From: Candidatus Eiseniibacteriota bacterium
GTDB lineage: Bacteria; Eisenbacteria; RBG-16-71-46; SZUA-252
Reading direction: 5' to 3'
Length of the DNA stretch: 64,000 nt
Assembly (NCBI GenBank): GCA_963703225.1
Contig: OY969801.1
Coordinates: forward strand, 2,176,001 to 2,240,000
A model generated the notes under the pieces. It worked only from the letters and a program-made list of their open reading frames with translations, was not told the DNA's origin and did not search any database. The translations under genes were made by a program, and so were the position numbers. Positions 13,562 through 23,097 of the stretch are shown here, piece after piece; position 1 is the first letter of the stretch; every line of letters starts with the position of its first letter.

Positions 13562-14683
13562 TCACAGAAGGTCCCACTCCGCCTCGCCCTCCTTGGCGCG
13601 GGCCCCCTCGAAGGCGGCGTCCATTTCCGCCACGGCGCGGAGGATGATTTCACCCTTCTCGCGGAGGGGAAGGAACGCCGACTTGAATCCGTTCAGGAGC
13701 ACGTTTCGAACGTCCCGCGGCCCGAGCCGAAGCGCGGTCACCGCCCGATCCAGCTCGCGCGTCACGGTCGTCGACGAGACCAACCGGTTGTCGGTGTTGA
13801 GCGTCACGCGAAGGCCCGCCGCCAGGTACTCGCGAAAGGGATGGGCCCGCAGCGTGGGGACGGCGCCTGTCTGCACGTTCGACGTGAGGCACATCTCGAG
13901 CGGGATCCGGTGATCGTTCACGTAGGCGAAAATGGCGGGATCCTCGCGAAGCCTCGTGCCGTGCCCGATCCTGTGCGCGCCGCAGTAGTGAAGCGCCTGG
14001 GCGATGCTCTCCGGGCCGAAGGCCTCCCCCGCGTGGACCGTCACGTTCACGTTGTTCTGGACGACGTGGTCGAACGCCTTGCGGTGCGCCTTCGCGGGAT
14101 AGTCCTTCTCCGCGCCCGCGAGATCGAATCCAACGACCCCGCGGCCGTAGTGCGTGACCGCCACCTCCGCCAGTCGGAGCGAGAGCCGTGGGCTCAAGTG
14201 CCGGATGCCGCAGACGATCGTGCCGGTCCGGATTCCATAGCGGTTTCGCGCCCGGGCGAGCCCGGCGGAGACCGCCTCGACGGTCTCGTCCATGGTGAGG
14301 CCGCGGCGGGTGTGGAGCGCGGGGCAGTAGCGCACCTCCATGTACCGGACCTGCTCGTGATGGGCGTCCTCGGCCAGCTCGAAGGCGGCGCGTTCCAAAG
14401 CCTCGCGTTCTTGCAGCACGCGGAGCGTGAGATCGAACGCCTTCAGATACCGGGTCAGGCTGACGCCTGAAGTGAGGCCCGAGAGGAAGCGCCTCAGGTC
14501 CTGGATCGAGCGGACCGGGAGCCGGACGCCTTGATCTCGAGCCAGGTCCAAGATTGTCGCCGGGCGGATCGACCCGTCCAGGTGGACGTGAAGATCGGTC
14601 TTGGGGAGCGCGTGGAGAATGAGCCGGCGGCGCCGGGGATCACCCCACGGCGACGTCCGCCGTCGCGGCGGCAAGTGGCGCAC
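13562..14683 (-). CDS. add: Adenosine deaminase
   Basis: PKTDLHVHLDGS, HAGEA, RIGHG, LNTDN; GTG start overlaps the end of nuoG. Confidence 0.9.
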   Translation of the reverse strand: MRHLPPRRRTSPWGDPRRRRLILHALPKTDLHVHLDGSIRPATILDLARDQGVRLPVRSIQDLRRFLSGLTSGVSLTRYLKAFDLTLRVLQEREALERAAFELAEDAHHEQVRYMEVRYCPALHTRRGLTMDETVEAVSAGLARARNRYGIRTGTIVCGIRHLSPRLSLRLAEVAVTHYGRGVVGFDLAGAEKDYPAKAHRKAFDHVVQNNVNVTVHAGEAFGPESIAQALHYCGAHRIGHGTRLREDPAIFAYVNDHRIPLEMCLTSNVQTGAVPTLRAHPFREYLAAGLRVTLNTDNRLVSSTTVTRELDRAVTALRLGPRDVRNVLLNGFKSAFLPLREKGEIILRAVAEMDAAFEGARAKEGEAEWDLL

Positions 14684-16268
14684 CCTGGTCTCCCACGACC
14701 GTGTAGTTGAGCCCGCTGAACGCGGGATGTGCGAGCGCGAGCTGGTTGAAAATCTGCTCCGGGCCAGGCTCGTTCCGCGTCCACGCGCCGAGCGCGCGCC
14801 CCAGATCTTGGAGGATCCGCCAGTCCTCACGCGTGTCGCCGCGATGCGTGAAAACCTTCCGGGCGCGCTGAACCCGACCCTTCGAATTCGTGTAGGTCCC
14901 GTCCCGCTCCGCGAAGCTGACCCCCGGCAAAACCCAGTGCGCCCGCTCCGAGACCGGCGACGGCAGCAGGTCGACGGCCACGAGCAGCTCCACCTGCGCC
15001 AGCGCGCGGGCCACCACGTCCGGATCGCCGAACCGATCGAGAGGGCCGCCGCGGAGGAAGACGAGGGCGTGGATCCGGCCCTCGGCCGCCGCGCGCATCA
15101 TGTCGGGAAGCCCCAGTCCCTGGGGCCCCGGCGCGACGCCGATCGCGCGCGCGCCGCGGGCGTTGGGATTCTGATCCCCCTCGATGGTGAATTGCTTGTA
15201 GACCACGGGGGGCTGGGGACGCGCCGGAACGTCGAGGTTCGCGATGCCGAGCCCGTCCTTGAAGATCACTCGGGTGAGGTAGCACTCCTCGTTCGTCAGC
15301 TCTCCCGAGGCCACGACGCCCACCGAAGCGGGCCCGTGCCTCGAGACGATTCCCTTGAGCGCATCGGCGATTCCAGAGATCGCCGTGGCCCACGGCACCG
15401 GAGCCGCGGCGGTGCCGTTTCGGTGCGTCGGCGCGGTCAGGCGCTTGGGGTCGTGGAGGAAGTGGAAGCCCCCGCGTCCCCGGTCGCAGATCCACCACTG
15501 GTTCACGTCCATGTTCTCCCGCGCGGTGATGCGAAGGACCTCATTGCGGCGGGGGTGGTAGCCGACGTTCGTGGAGCACCCCTTGGAGCAGAGGGTGCAG
15601 ATCGACGGCACGGGCGTCAGCTCCCAGGGGCGGGCGCGGAAGCGGAAATCCTTGCTCGTCAAGGCTCCCACGGGGCAGATGTCGGCGATGTTGCCGGCCA
15701 GCTCGTTCGTGATCTTCCGGCCCGCGACGGTGCCGATGTAGGTCTCTTCGCCCCGGGCGAGCACCGCGATCTCGTCTTCCCCTGCGACTTCCTTGCAGAG
15801 GTTCACGCAGCGGAGGCAGAGGATGCAGCGGTTCTTGTTGAGGATGAGCTTCCCGCCGACGTCCTCCTCGGGCCAGGTCGTCTTCTCGAATTGGAACCGG
15901 GTGTGCGCGGGTCCCATCATGATCGTGTAATCCTGGAGCGTGCACTCGCCGCCCTTGTCGCACATCGGGCAATCGAGCGGGTGATGGATGAGCAGGAACT
16001 CCATCACCGCGCGGCGCGCCTCCCTGACCTTGGGGGTCCGCGTCACGATGGACATCCCCTCTTCGACCGGCGTGGCGCAGCCCGCGACCAGCTTGGGCCG
16101 CCCTTCGATCTCGCAGAGGCAGATGCGGCAGACCCCGACCACCGGGAGCCCGGGGTGGTAGCAGAAGGAGGGGACGAGAACGCCCGCCTTCTTCCCCGCC
16201 TCGATGAGGTTGGTCCCCTTCTCGACGACGACTTCACGCCCGTCGAATTTGACCTTCACGGTGGCCAT
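14640..16268 (-). CDS. nuoG: NADH-quinone oxidoreductase subunit G
   Basis: FCYHP..CRICL, HPLDCPMCDKGGEC, RCILCLRC, CPVGAL, and CTLCSKGC (N7-type cluster). Confidence 0.92.
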   Translation of the reverse strand: MATVKVKFDGREVVVEKGTNLIEAGKKAGVLVPSFCYHPGLPVVGVCRICLCEIEGRPKLVAGCATPVEEGMSIVTRTPKVREARRAVMEFLLIHHPLDCPMCDKGGECTLQDYTIMMGPAHTRFQFEKTTWPEEDVGGKLILNKNRCILCLRCVNLCKEVAGEDEIAVLARGEETYIGTVAGRKITNELAGNIADICPVGALTSKDFRFRARPWELTPVPSICTLCSKGCSTNVGYHPRRNEVLRITARENMDVNQWWICDRGRGGFHFLHDPKRLTAPTHRNGTAAAPVPWATAISGIADALKGIVSRHGPASVGVVASGELTNEECYLTRVIFKDGLGIANLDVPARPQPPVVYKQFTIEGDQNPNARGARAIGVAPGPQGLGLPDMMRAAAEGRIHALVFLRGGPLDRFGDPDVVARALAQVELLVAVDLLPSPVSERAHWVLPGVSFAERDGTYTNSKGRVQRARKVFTHRGDTREDWRILQDLGRALGAWTRNEPGPEQIFNQLALAHPAFSGLNYTVVGDQGAPLAAATADVAVG

Positions 16269-16277
16269 GCCGTTCCC

Positions 16278-17561
16278 CTAGTGAAGCGAGCCGGCGCCGA
16301 TGGGGCAGCGCTTCTCGCGGATGTGCTGCAGGAATTCGTCCCGGAATTTCTTGGCAAAGCCGCGCGCCGGCCAGGCGGCCGCGTCTCCAAGGGCGCAGAT
16401 CGTGTTCCCCTCGATCTGGTCGGTCACCGAAAGCAGGAGGTCCAGGTCGCGCGTCTCGCCGTGGCCGGTCTCGATCTTCCAGAGCAGCCGCTGCAGCCAG
16501 CCGCAGCCCTCGCGGCACGGCGTGCACTGACCGCACGACTCGTGGGCGAAGAAGCGGGCCGTGATCCAGGCCGCTCGGACCATGCAGGTGGTGTCGTCCA
16601 TCACGATGGGCGTCCCGGTGCCGAAGAGCGAGCCGGCCCGGGTGAGCGAGTCAAAGTCCATGGGAATGTCGATCTCGTCGCCGCGCAGGACCGGGCAGGA
16701 GGCCCCGCCGGGGATGACGCCCTTCACCGGCCGGCCGCCGGGAACGCCGCCGCCGAATTCATCGATGAGCGTGCGGAGCGGAATTCCCATGGGCGCTTCG
16801 TAGACACCCGGGCGATTCACGTGCCCGCTCAGCCCGTAGAGCTTGGGGCCGCTGTTTCGCTCGGGCCCGATCCCCGCGAACCACTCCCAGCCGCGCTTCA
16901 CGATGTGCGGCACGCAGGCGAGTGTCTCCACGTTGTTGACGACGGTCGGGCAGCCAAAGAGCCCAACCACCGCCGGGAAGGGCGGCTTGAGTCGCGGCTC
17001 CCCCCGCTTCCCTTCGATCGATTCGATGAGGCCCGTCTCCTCGCCGCAGATGTAGGCGCCGGCGCCCAGGTAGATCGTGACCTCGCAGTCATAACCCGAA
17101 TTCAGGATGTTCTTCCCGACGAGGCCGGCCTTGCGGCACTCGTCGATCGCGTCCTGCATGACGCGCGCCTCATGGGCGAACTCGCCGCGGATGTAGATGT
17201 AGGCCCGCCGCGCGCCGATGGCGTAGGAGCCGATCAAGGTTCCCTCGATCACCTGGTGGGGATCCTTGGCGCAGAGAAGGCGATCCTTGAAGGCGCCCGG
17301 CTCGCTCTCGTCGGCGTTCACGCACATGTACTTGGGCTTGTCGGTCGACTTCGGGACGAATCCCCACTTGGTCCCCGTGGGAAAACCGGCGCCACCGCGA
17401 CCCCGCAACCCCGACCGCTTCACGAGGTCGATCACCTCGTCCGGTTGCTTCTTCAACGCGATGGCGAGGCCCTCGTATCCCCCGTGCTTCTTGTAGACCG
17501 CGAGGGTGTGGGAGTCGGGGAGGTCCACCGTGGCCATCAGGACGCGTCCGTTCGCGCTCAC
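16278..17561 (-). CDS. nuoF: NADH-quinone oxidoreductase subunit F
   Basis: GLRGRGGAGF, NADESEPG, YICGEET, ESCGQCTPCREG; GTG overlaps the nuoD TAG. Confidence 0.95.
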   Translation of the reverse strand: MSANGRVLMATVDLPDSHTLAVYKKHGGYEGLAIALKKQPDEVIDLVKRSGLRGRGGAGFPTGTKWGFVPKSTDKPKYMCVNADESEPGAFKDRLLCAKDPHQVIEGTLIGSYAIGARRAYIYIRGEFAHEARVMQDAIDECRKAGLVGKNILNSGYDCEVTIYLGAGAYICGEETGLIESIEGKRGEPRLKPPFPAVVGLFGCPTVVNNVETLACVPHIVKRGWEWFAGIGPERNSGPKLYGLSGHVNRPGVYEAPMGIPLRTLIDEFGGGVPGGRPVKGVIPGGASCPVLRGDEIDIPMDFDSLTRAGSLFGTGTPIVMDDTTCMVRAAWITARFFAHESCGQCTPCREGCGWLQRLLWKIETGHGETRDLDLLLSVTDQIEGNTICALGDAAAWPARGFAKKFRDEFLQHIREKRCPIGAGSLH

Positions 17562-18748
17562 TATCGATCCACCTCGCCGAGGACGATGTCGATGCTCCCG
17601 ATGCAGGCCACGACGTCCGATACCATCCGGCCGATGCACATGTTCTCGAGGGCCTGCAAATTGATGAACGAGGGCGGTCGCACGCGAACCCGGTACGGGA
17701 GCGGGCTCCCGTCGCTCGCGACGTAGAAGCCAAGCTCCCCTTTGGGGGACTCGATCGCGAAATAGGCGTCCCCCACGGGTGGGCGAAAGCCCTCGGACAT
17801 GATCTTGAAGTGGAAGATCAGCTCCTCCATTCCCGCCTTCACGTTCTCGCGGTCGGCGGGGAAGAGGTAGGGGTTGTCCGCGCGAACCGGCCCGGGCTTG
17901 AGCCGGTCGAGTCCTTGGCGCACGATCCGAAGGGACTGCTTCATCTCCTCGATGCGGCAGAGGTAGCGATCGTAGACGTCCCCGTTTCTCCCGAGCGGGA
18001 CCTCGAAGTCGTAGATTGGGTAGCCGCAGTAGGGCTGGGCCTTCCGAAGGTCGTGGTCGATCCCGCTTCCTCGAAGCGTCGGCCCGGTCACGCTGAGGGC
18101 GAGCGCCTGCTCCCCCGAGATCGTCCCCACCCCGATCGTCCGCTTCATCCAGATACGGTTCTTGGTGAGCAGGTTTTGGTACTCGGCCAGCGCCCCCGGG
18201 AATTCCTCGCAGAATTTCCTCACGTGGGGAACGAAGGCATCCGGCACGTCCTGGAAGAACCCGCCCACACGGAAGTAGCTGGGCGTGAGGCGCGATCCCG
18301 CCACCATGTCGTTCACGTCGAGGAGCTTCTCGCGCTCGCGGAAGCAGTAGAGAAAGACGCTCATCGCTCCCAGATCGATCGCGTGGGTGCCGAGCCAGAC
18401 GAGATGCGACGAGATCCGGGTCAACTCGAGGAGGATCACCCGGAGCACCTGCGCCCGCTCGGGGATCGTGAGGCCCATCAGCTGCTCCACCGCGCCGACG
18501 TAGGCCATGTTGTTTCCGAGCGGAGAGAGATAGTCCATCCGGTCCGTGACCGTGATCGACTTGGTGTAGGTCTTCGACTCCATGATCTTCTCCATGCCCG
18601 TGTGGAGATAGCCAACCACGGGCTTGAGGGAGACCACGGTCTCGCCGTCGAGCTCGATCACGAGCCTTAGCACCCCATGGGTGGAGGGGTGCTGCGGCCC
18701 CATGTTGATGGTGATGGTCTTGAATTCGGGGGCGATCGTGGTGGACAT
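17561..18748 (-). CDS. nuoD: NADH-quinone oxidoreductase subunit D
   Basis: NMGPQHPSTHGVLRL, DRMDY, ESPKGE, DIVLGEVDR. Confidence 0.95.
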   Translation of the reverse strand: MSTTIAPEFKTITINMGPQHPSTHGVLRLVIELDGETVVSLKPVVGYLHTGMEKIMESKTYTKSITVTDRMDYLSPLGNNMAYVGAVEQLMGLTIPERAQVLRVILLELTRISSHLVWLGTHAIDLGAMSVFLYCFREREKLLDVNDMVAGSRLTPSYFRVGGFFQDVPDAFVPHVRKFCEEFPGALAEYQNLLTKNRIWMKRTIGVGTISGEQALALSVTGPTLRGSGIDHDLRKAQPYCGYPIYDFEVPLGRNGDVYDRYLCRIEEMKQSLRIVRQGLDRLKPGPVRADNPYLFPADRENVKAGMEELIFHFKIMSEGFRPPVGDAYFAIESPKGELGFYVASDGSPLPYRVRVRPPSFINLQALENMCIGRMVSDVVACIGSIDIVLGEVDR

Positions 18749-18762
18749 CGCTAAGCGGCGCG

Positions 18763-19263
18763 CTAGGCGCCGACGCCGGGCGCGGGCGCTTGGCCGTGGA
18801 CCCGGTCTTTGTCGATCTTTTCCTGGAGCTTCATGATCCCGTAGATGAGGGCTTCCGGCCGCGGCGGGCAGCCGGGGACGTAGACGTCCACGGGAACCAC
18901 GGTGTCGACCCCCTGGACGATCGCGTAGTCGTTGAAGACGCCGCCGCAGGAGGCGCACGCCCCCATCGAGATGACCCACTTGGGCTCGGGCATCTGGTCG
19001 TAGATTCTCTTCAAGACCGGCGCCATCTTCTTGCTGACGCGCCCCGCGACGATCATCAGATCGGCCTGGCGCGGAGAAGCCCGGAAGACCTCCGCGCCGA
19101 ATCGGGCGAGGTCGTAGCGGGAGGCGCTGGTCGCCATCATCTCGATCGCACAGCAGGCCAGGCCGAAGGTCGCGGGCCAGAGCGAGGAGCGGCGGGCCCA
19201 GTTGATCATCTTATCGACCGTCGTCGTCAGGATGCCGTCCGGTACGAGCTCTTCGATTCCCAT
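18763..19263 (-). CDS. nuoB: NADH-quinone oxidoreductase subunit B
   Basis: [26 protein letters not shown]. Confidence 0.96.
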   Translation of the reverse strand: MGIEELVPDGILTTTVDKMINWARRSSLWPATFGLACCAIEMMATSASRYDLARFGAEVFRASPRQADLMIVAGRVSKKMAPVLKRIYDQMPEPKWVISMGACASCGGVFNDYAIVQGVDTVVPVDVYVPGCPPRPEALIYGIMKLQEKIDKDRVHGQAPAPGVGA

Positions 19264-19340
19264 ATGCGATCACCTGTCAGCCGTCGAGCCGGAACCGGAA
19301 CGTGCGCACCCGGTGGGGAGATTGCACAACTACCACTTCG

Positions 19341-19375
19341 AGCCTATCAGCGCGAGAGTGTGAAATCAATCACAA
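19341..19375 (-). promoter_or_regulatory. nuoB sigma70 promoter overlapped by a Rex/CRP-type palindrome
   Basis: TTGATT-N17-TAGGCT; TTGTGATTGATTTCACAC at 19358-19375. Confidence 0.6.
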
Positions 19376-20134
19376 CCCCAGTGCCTGGAGCGCGGCCTCC
19401 GTCACGTAGAAGAGCAAGACCCCGCCGAAGACGCCGAGCGCCATCCGGAACCCCTTGGCCGTCTCGTTGACCGCCGGGATCAAATCGGATGCCGCCACGT
19501 AGAGCGCCGCGCCCGCCGAGAGCGGGAGCGCGAAGTGCACCAGCCCCGACCAGAGCGAAATGGTCAGGACGCCGACGACGGTCGCCACGCCCAGCCAGGC
19601 CGCGCTCATCACCGCCTCCTGGCGGGTGCGGCCGGCGGCCACCATGATCGAGCCCACGGTGAAGCCCTCGGGAACCTTGTGGAGGAAGATCGCGATCGCG
19701 ATCAGGATCCCGAGCGCGGGCTGAACCAGGAATCCCGACCCGATCGAGACGCCGTCGAGGAGCGCGTGCAGGAGGAGCCCGACGAGCGCGGTGGTCCCCA
19801 CCACCGGCCTCACCCAATGCTCGCGGTGGGTCTCCTCGCCGAAATGGAAGTGACCGACGAGGACGTGCTCCGCGGCGTGGACCAGCAGGTAGCCGATGAG
19901 GACGAGCGTGCCGACGGCGAGGACCGGGGTTCCGGTCGCGGAGGCCAGCCGGTAGCTCTCGGGAACCATGCGAAGAAAAACAGCGGCGAGCATGAACCCC
20001 GCGCCCGCCGCGACGAAGTAGCTTTGCCGGACGCGGTCCCAACCGTGGCGCCCGATCGCGAGCCACCCGCCGACGACGTTGGCGAGCCCAGCGACCACCC
20101 CGCAGGCGGCGGCCAGCACCCACCCGTCAGACAA
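19370..20134 (-). CDS. ZIP-family divalent metal transporter
   Basis: His-rich loop HFHFGEETH, LHALLDG, HKVPEG, DLIP. Confidence 0.9.
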   Translation of the reverse strand: MSDGWVLAAACGVVAGLANVVGGWLAIGRHGWDRVRQSYFVAAGAGFMLAAVFLRMVPESYRLASATGTPVLAVGTLVLIGYLLVHAAEHVLVGHFHFGEETHREHWVRPVVGTTALVGLLLHALLDGVSIGSGFLVQPALGILIAIAIFLHKVPEGFTVGSIMVAAGRTRQEAVMSAAWLGVATVVGVLTISLWSGLVHFALPLSAGAALYVAASDLIPAVNETAKGFRMALGVFGGVLLFYVTEAALQALGL

Positions 20135-20161
20135 TCGGGCTCCCCCTCGTGCTTCCCTCCG

Positions 20162-20617
20162 CTACCGACCGCGGACGATTCCGGGCGTGTTGGTGGTTCC
20201 TACCGGGACGAGGAGCTGCTCCTTGGAGTAGATGAACGCGTCACGCGAGTAGTCCGAGAGCTCGTAATTGTGCCCGAGGAAGATCGCGTCCTCGGGGCAG
20301 GCTTCCTCGCAGTAACCGCAGAAAATGCACCGGAGCATGTCGATCTCGTATCGCTTGGCGTACCGCTCCCCGGCGCTGAAGCGGAGGGCGGGCGTGTTCT
20401 CCGCCGCCTCCATGTAGATGGCGTCGGCGGGACATACCGCGGCGCAGAGCCCGCAGCAGACGCACCGCTCCAGCCCGTTCTCGTACCGGTGCAGCTCGTG
20501 GAGCCCGCGGAAGCGGGGATACATCTTCATCTTCTCGTCGGGGTACTTGAGCGTGACGGGCTTCTTGAAGAAGTGAGACAGCGTGATGGAGAGACCCTTC
20601 ATCAGCTCGGAGACCAT
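20162..20617 (-). CDS. nuoI: NADH-quinone oxidoreductase subunit I
   Basis: YP.EK..RFRG, CVCCGLCAAVCP, CIFCGYCEEACP. Confidence 0.95.
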   Translation of the reverse strand: MVSELMKGLSITLSHFFKKPVTLKYPDEKMKMYPRFRGLHELHRYENGLERCVCCGLCAAVCPADAIYMEAAENTPALRFSAGERYAKRYEIDMLRCIFCGYCEEACPEDAIFLGHNYELSDYSRDAFIYSKEQLLVPVGTTNTPGIVRGR

Positions 20618-20659
20618 GGGGTTCCTCGACGTTCGATTCGACCGTGGGACAAGATGAGG

Positions 20660-20689
20660 ATTGTAGTGAGGACCAGGGACGCGCGTCAA
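20660..20689 (-). promoter_or_regulatory. Putative sigma70 promoter of nuoI-ZIP
   Basis: TTGACG-N18-TACAAT. Confidence 0.55.
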
Positions 20690-20711
20690 GCCACGCCCGA
20701 GGCGACAGGCT

Positions 20712-23045
20712 CTACCCCTCGGCGGAAAGCCCGTATTCCTCGGGGCGGATGTCGAGTTTCTTGATCTTGTACAGAAGCGTGGTGCGCTTCATCCCGCCCA
20801 GGCTCCTCGCGGCTTCCGATTGGTTTCCTCGGTGCGTGCGGAGCGCGTTCAGGATCATGTCGCGCTCCTCCGCGGAGATGCCTCGTCCGCCCCCGCGCGA
20901 GCCGGACGGCGCCCGCGGCGCTGAGACACGCCCGCCGGATTGAATCTGGACCGATTCGGCGCGAACCCTCTCGCCGTCCTGGGCCAACGCCACGGCGCGA
21001 TCGATGACGTTTCGCAGCTCCCGCACATTGCCCGGCCAGCCATGCGCGACGAGGCGGGCCCAGACCCCATCGCCCAGGGCGACATGCTTTCGCGCTTGGG
21101 TGCAGGCGCGCTCCAGGAAGTGGCGGCCGATCAACTCGATGTCCCCCGGCCGCTCCCGTAGCGGCGGGACCTCGAGGCGGATTCCGTTCAGACGGTAGTA
21201 GAGGTCGTCGCGGAAGAGGCCCCGGCGGACGAGCCCCGCCAGATCCCGCGTCGAGGCGGCGATCACCCGCACGTCGACCTGGCGCACCCCCATCCCGCCC
21301 ACACGGCGGAGCTCCCCCATCTCGATCACGCGCAGAAGCTTTGCCTGCGCCGCGGTCAAAAGCTCGCTCACCTCATCCAGGAAGATCACGCCGCGATGGG
21401 CAGTCTCAAAGAGCCCCGCCCGAGCCCGGTCGCCCCCCGAGGCGGACGCAGGGTCCTTCCCGAATAGCTCCGTGTCGAGCTGGCCGTCCGGGAGCGGGCC
21501 GCAATGACCGACCACGAAGACCTGGTTTCCCCGGTCGCTGAGGGCGTGTGCCGCCCTGGCCAATGCTTCCTTGCCGGTTCCGCTCTCGCCCAGGATGAAT
21601 ATCGGCAGTCGGCTGTTCGACGCGCGCTCGAGAATTCGTACGAGATCGATCACGCGCGGATCCTGGGTCACGATCCCGAGACGGAAGCAATCGGGGTCGG
21701 CTCCCTGCGGGATCTCCTCGAGCCGCGCGGGCGTGACGACGGTGATCGCGGGCGGCGCTGAGGTGCCAACCTCCACGCCCAACACCTTCTCGATCCGCTC
21801 GACCCAGCGTTCCAGCTTCATCGACATCGCGAGGCTCCGCGCTTCCCAGAGATAGTCGCGGGCCGCGCGGCGCTCTTCCACGTCGCCGCCGGCGAGGAGA
21901 ACCTCTCCCGCCCAGACCAGAAGCCGGGTCAGCTCGTAGAGAGCCTCGAGCTTGCGGAGGAGTGCTACGCCCTCGTGCGCCGTCCGGATGGCCTTCTCGC
22001 GGTGGGCGAGCTGGAGGTGGGCCATCGACATGACGCGGAAGGTGGCAGCCTCCTCGAACCGGTCGTTGATCTTCCGCGCGATCCGAAGCCCGCGCTCGCA
22101 CGTGATGAGCGCGCGGTTGGGCTCCCCGATCCGCACGTGGATCTCCGCGATTCTCCGGCTCAGCTCGGGGACGAGATCCCCCTCCGGGGCCAGCTTCTCC
22201 GCGATGACGAGGGCTGGGTCGTAGCTCTCGATGGCGGACTGGTTCTCGTGTCGGTCGAGGGCGAGATCACCCAGGTACTCGAGCGCGATCACCTGCTCGC
22301 GCTCAAACCCGTGCTCTTCGGCCTCGGAGAGGGCGCCGCGCACCTGCCCGTCGGCCTTGCCCAGCTCTCCGCGGATGCGTAGGAGATACCCGTGGAAGAG
22401 GCGCGCCTGCACCTTCCCCCGCGAGTGTCCCCTTTCGCCGAATAGCGTCCGCGCGCGCGCCAGCCCCTGCTCGGCCTCATCCAGCAGACCGAGCTTGGCC
22501 TGCGTGATGCTCAGGTTTAGGGAGAACGACGCCTCTTCGTGGTAGAGGCCGGCCTCGCGAGCCTGAAGCTGCCCGCGCGAGAACTCGCCCACGGCCCGGT
22601 AGAGCTCTCCGGCGCCCAGGAAGCAGAGACCGAGCAGGTTCCGCGAGCGCAGCATCCCCGCCGTGTCCTCGAATTCCCACCGGCTGATGTGATAGGCGGC
22701 GCGGAAGTGCTCTTCCGCGCGCGACGGCCGGCCGATCCGCCACACGGCGCGGCCGGCGGCGATGTGGAATTCGAGAAGCGCCCGCTTGTCATCGGGGTGG
22801 AGCGCGTAGAGCTCGCTCAGCTTCTTCTCGGCGATCTCAGCGACTTCCTTCCACCGTCCCAGCCCCAGAAGCGCGCGGCAGCGCGCGAGCAGCAGCGGGA
22901 TCTCCAGCGCCCTGGGGAGGGGCCCCGATGTCTTGGCTTCCGCGATCGCGTCCAGGACCGCGGAGAACCGAGCATGGGCGAGGAGATCGTCGATTTGCTG
23001 GAGAAAGCCGGCGGATTCGCTCCGCGGCTTCTTGTCGTCGATCAT
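20712..23045 (-). CDS. TPR-repeat + NtrC-type AAA+ + Fis-HTH transcriptional regulator (GAFTGA loop degenerate)
   Basis: About 410 aa of helical TPR-like repeats; GESGTGKE, FLDEV, FRDDLYYRL, WPGNVREL; HTH NQSEAARSLG. Confidence 0.9.
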   Translation of the reverse strand: MIDDKKPRSESAGFLQQIDDLLAHARFSAVLDAIAEAKTSGPLPRALEIPLLLARCRALLGLGRWKEVAEIAEKKLSELYALHPDDKRALLEFHIAAGRAVWRIGRPSRAEEHFRAAYHISRWEFEDTAGMLRSRNLLGLCFLGAGELYRAVGEFSRGQLQAREAGLYHEEASFSLNLSITQAKLGLLDEAEQGLARARTLFGERGHSRGKVQARLFHGYLLRIRGELGKADGQVRGALSEAEEHGFEREQVIALEYLGDLALDRHENQSAIESYDPALVIAEKLAPEGDLVPELSRRIAEIHVRIGEPNRALITCERGLRIARKINDRFEEAATFRVMSMAHLQLAHREKAIRTAHEGVALLRKLEALYELTRLLVWAGEVLLAGGDVEERRAARDYLWEARSLAMSMKLERWVERIEKVLGVEVGTSAPPAITVVTPARLEEIPQGADPDCFRLGIVTQDPRVIDLVRILERASNSRLPIFILGESGTGKEALARAAHALSDRGNQVFVVGHCGPLPDGQLDTELFGKDPASASGGDRARAGLFETAHRGVIFLDEVSELLTAAQAKLLRVIEMGELRRVGGMGVRQVDVRVIAASTRDLAGLVRRGLFRDDLYYRLNGIRLEVPPLRERPGDIELIGRHFLERACTQARKHVALGDGVWARLVAHGWPGNVRELRNVIDRAVALAQDGERVRAESVQIQSGGRVSAPRAPSGSRGGGRGISAEERDMILNALRTHRGNQSEAARSLGGMKRTTLLYKIKKLDIRPEEYGLSAEG

Positions 23046-23097
23046 GGGACCTCAGGGATGGGCCCCCGCCCATCCCGGGGTGGAGCTACGTGAAATA

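Noticed and set aside
14601..17726. Very long plus-strand ORFs (1041 aa here; also 26982-29537, 49322-51331, 51120-53819, 11761-13425)
   Set aside because: They are antisense shadows of well-conserved genes, expected from GC-rich codon bias, and carry no recognisable motifs.
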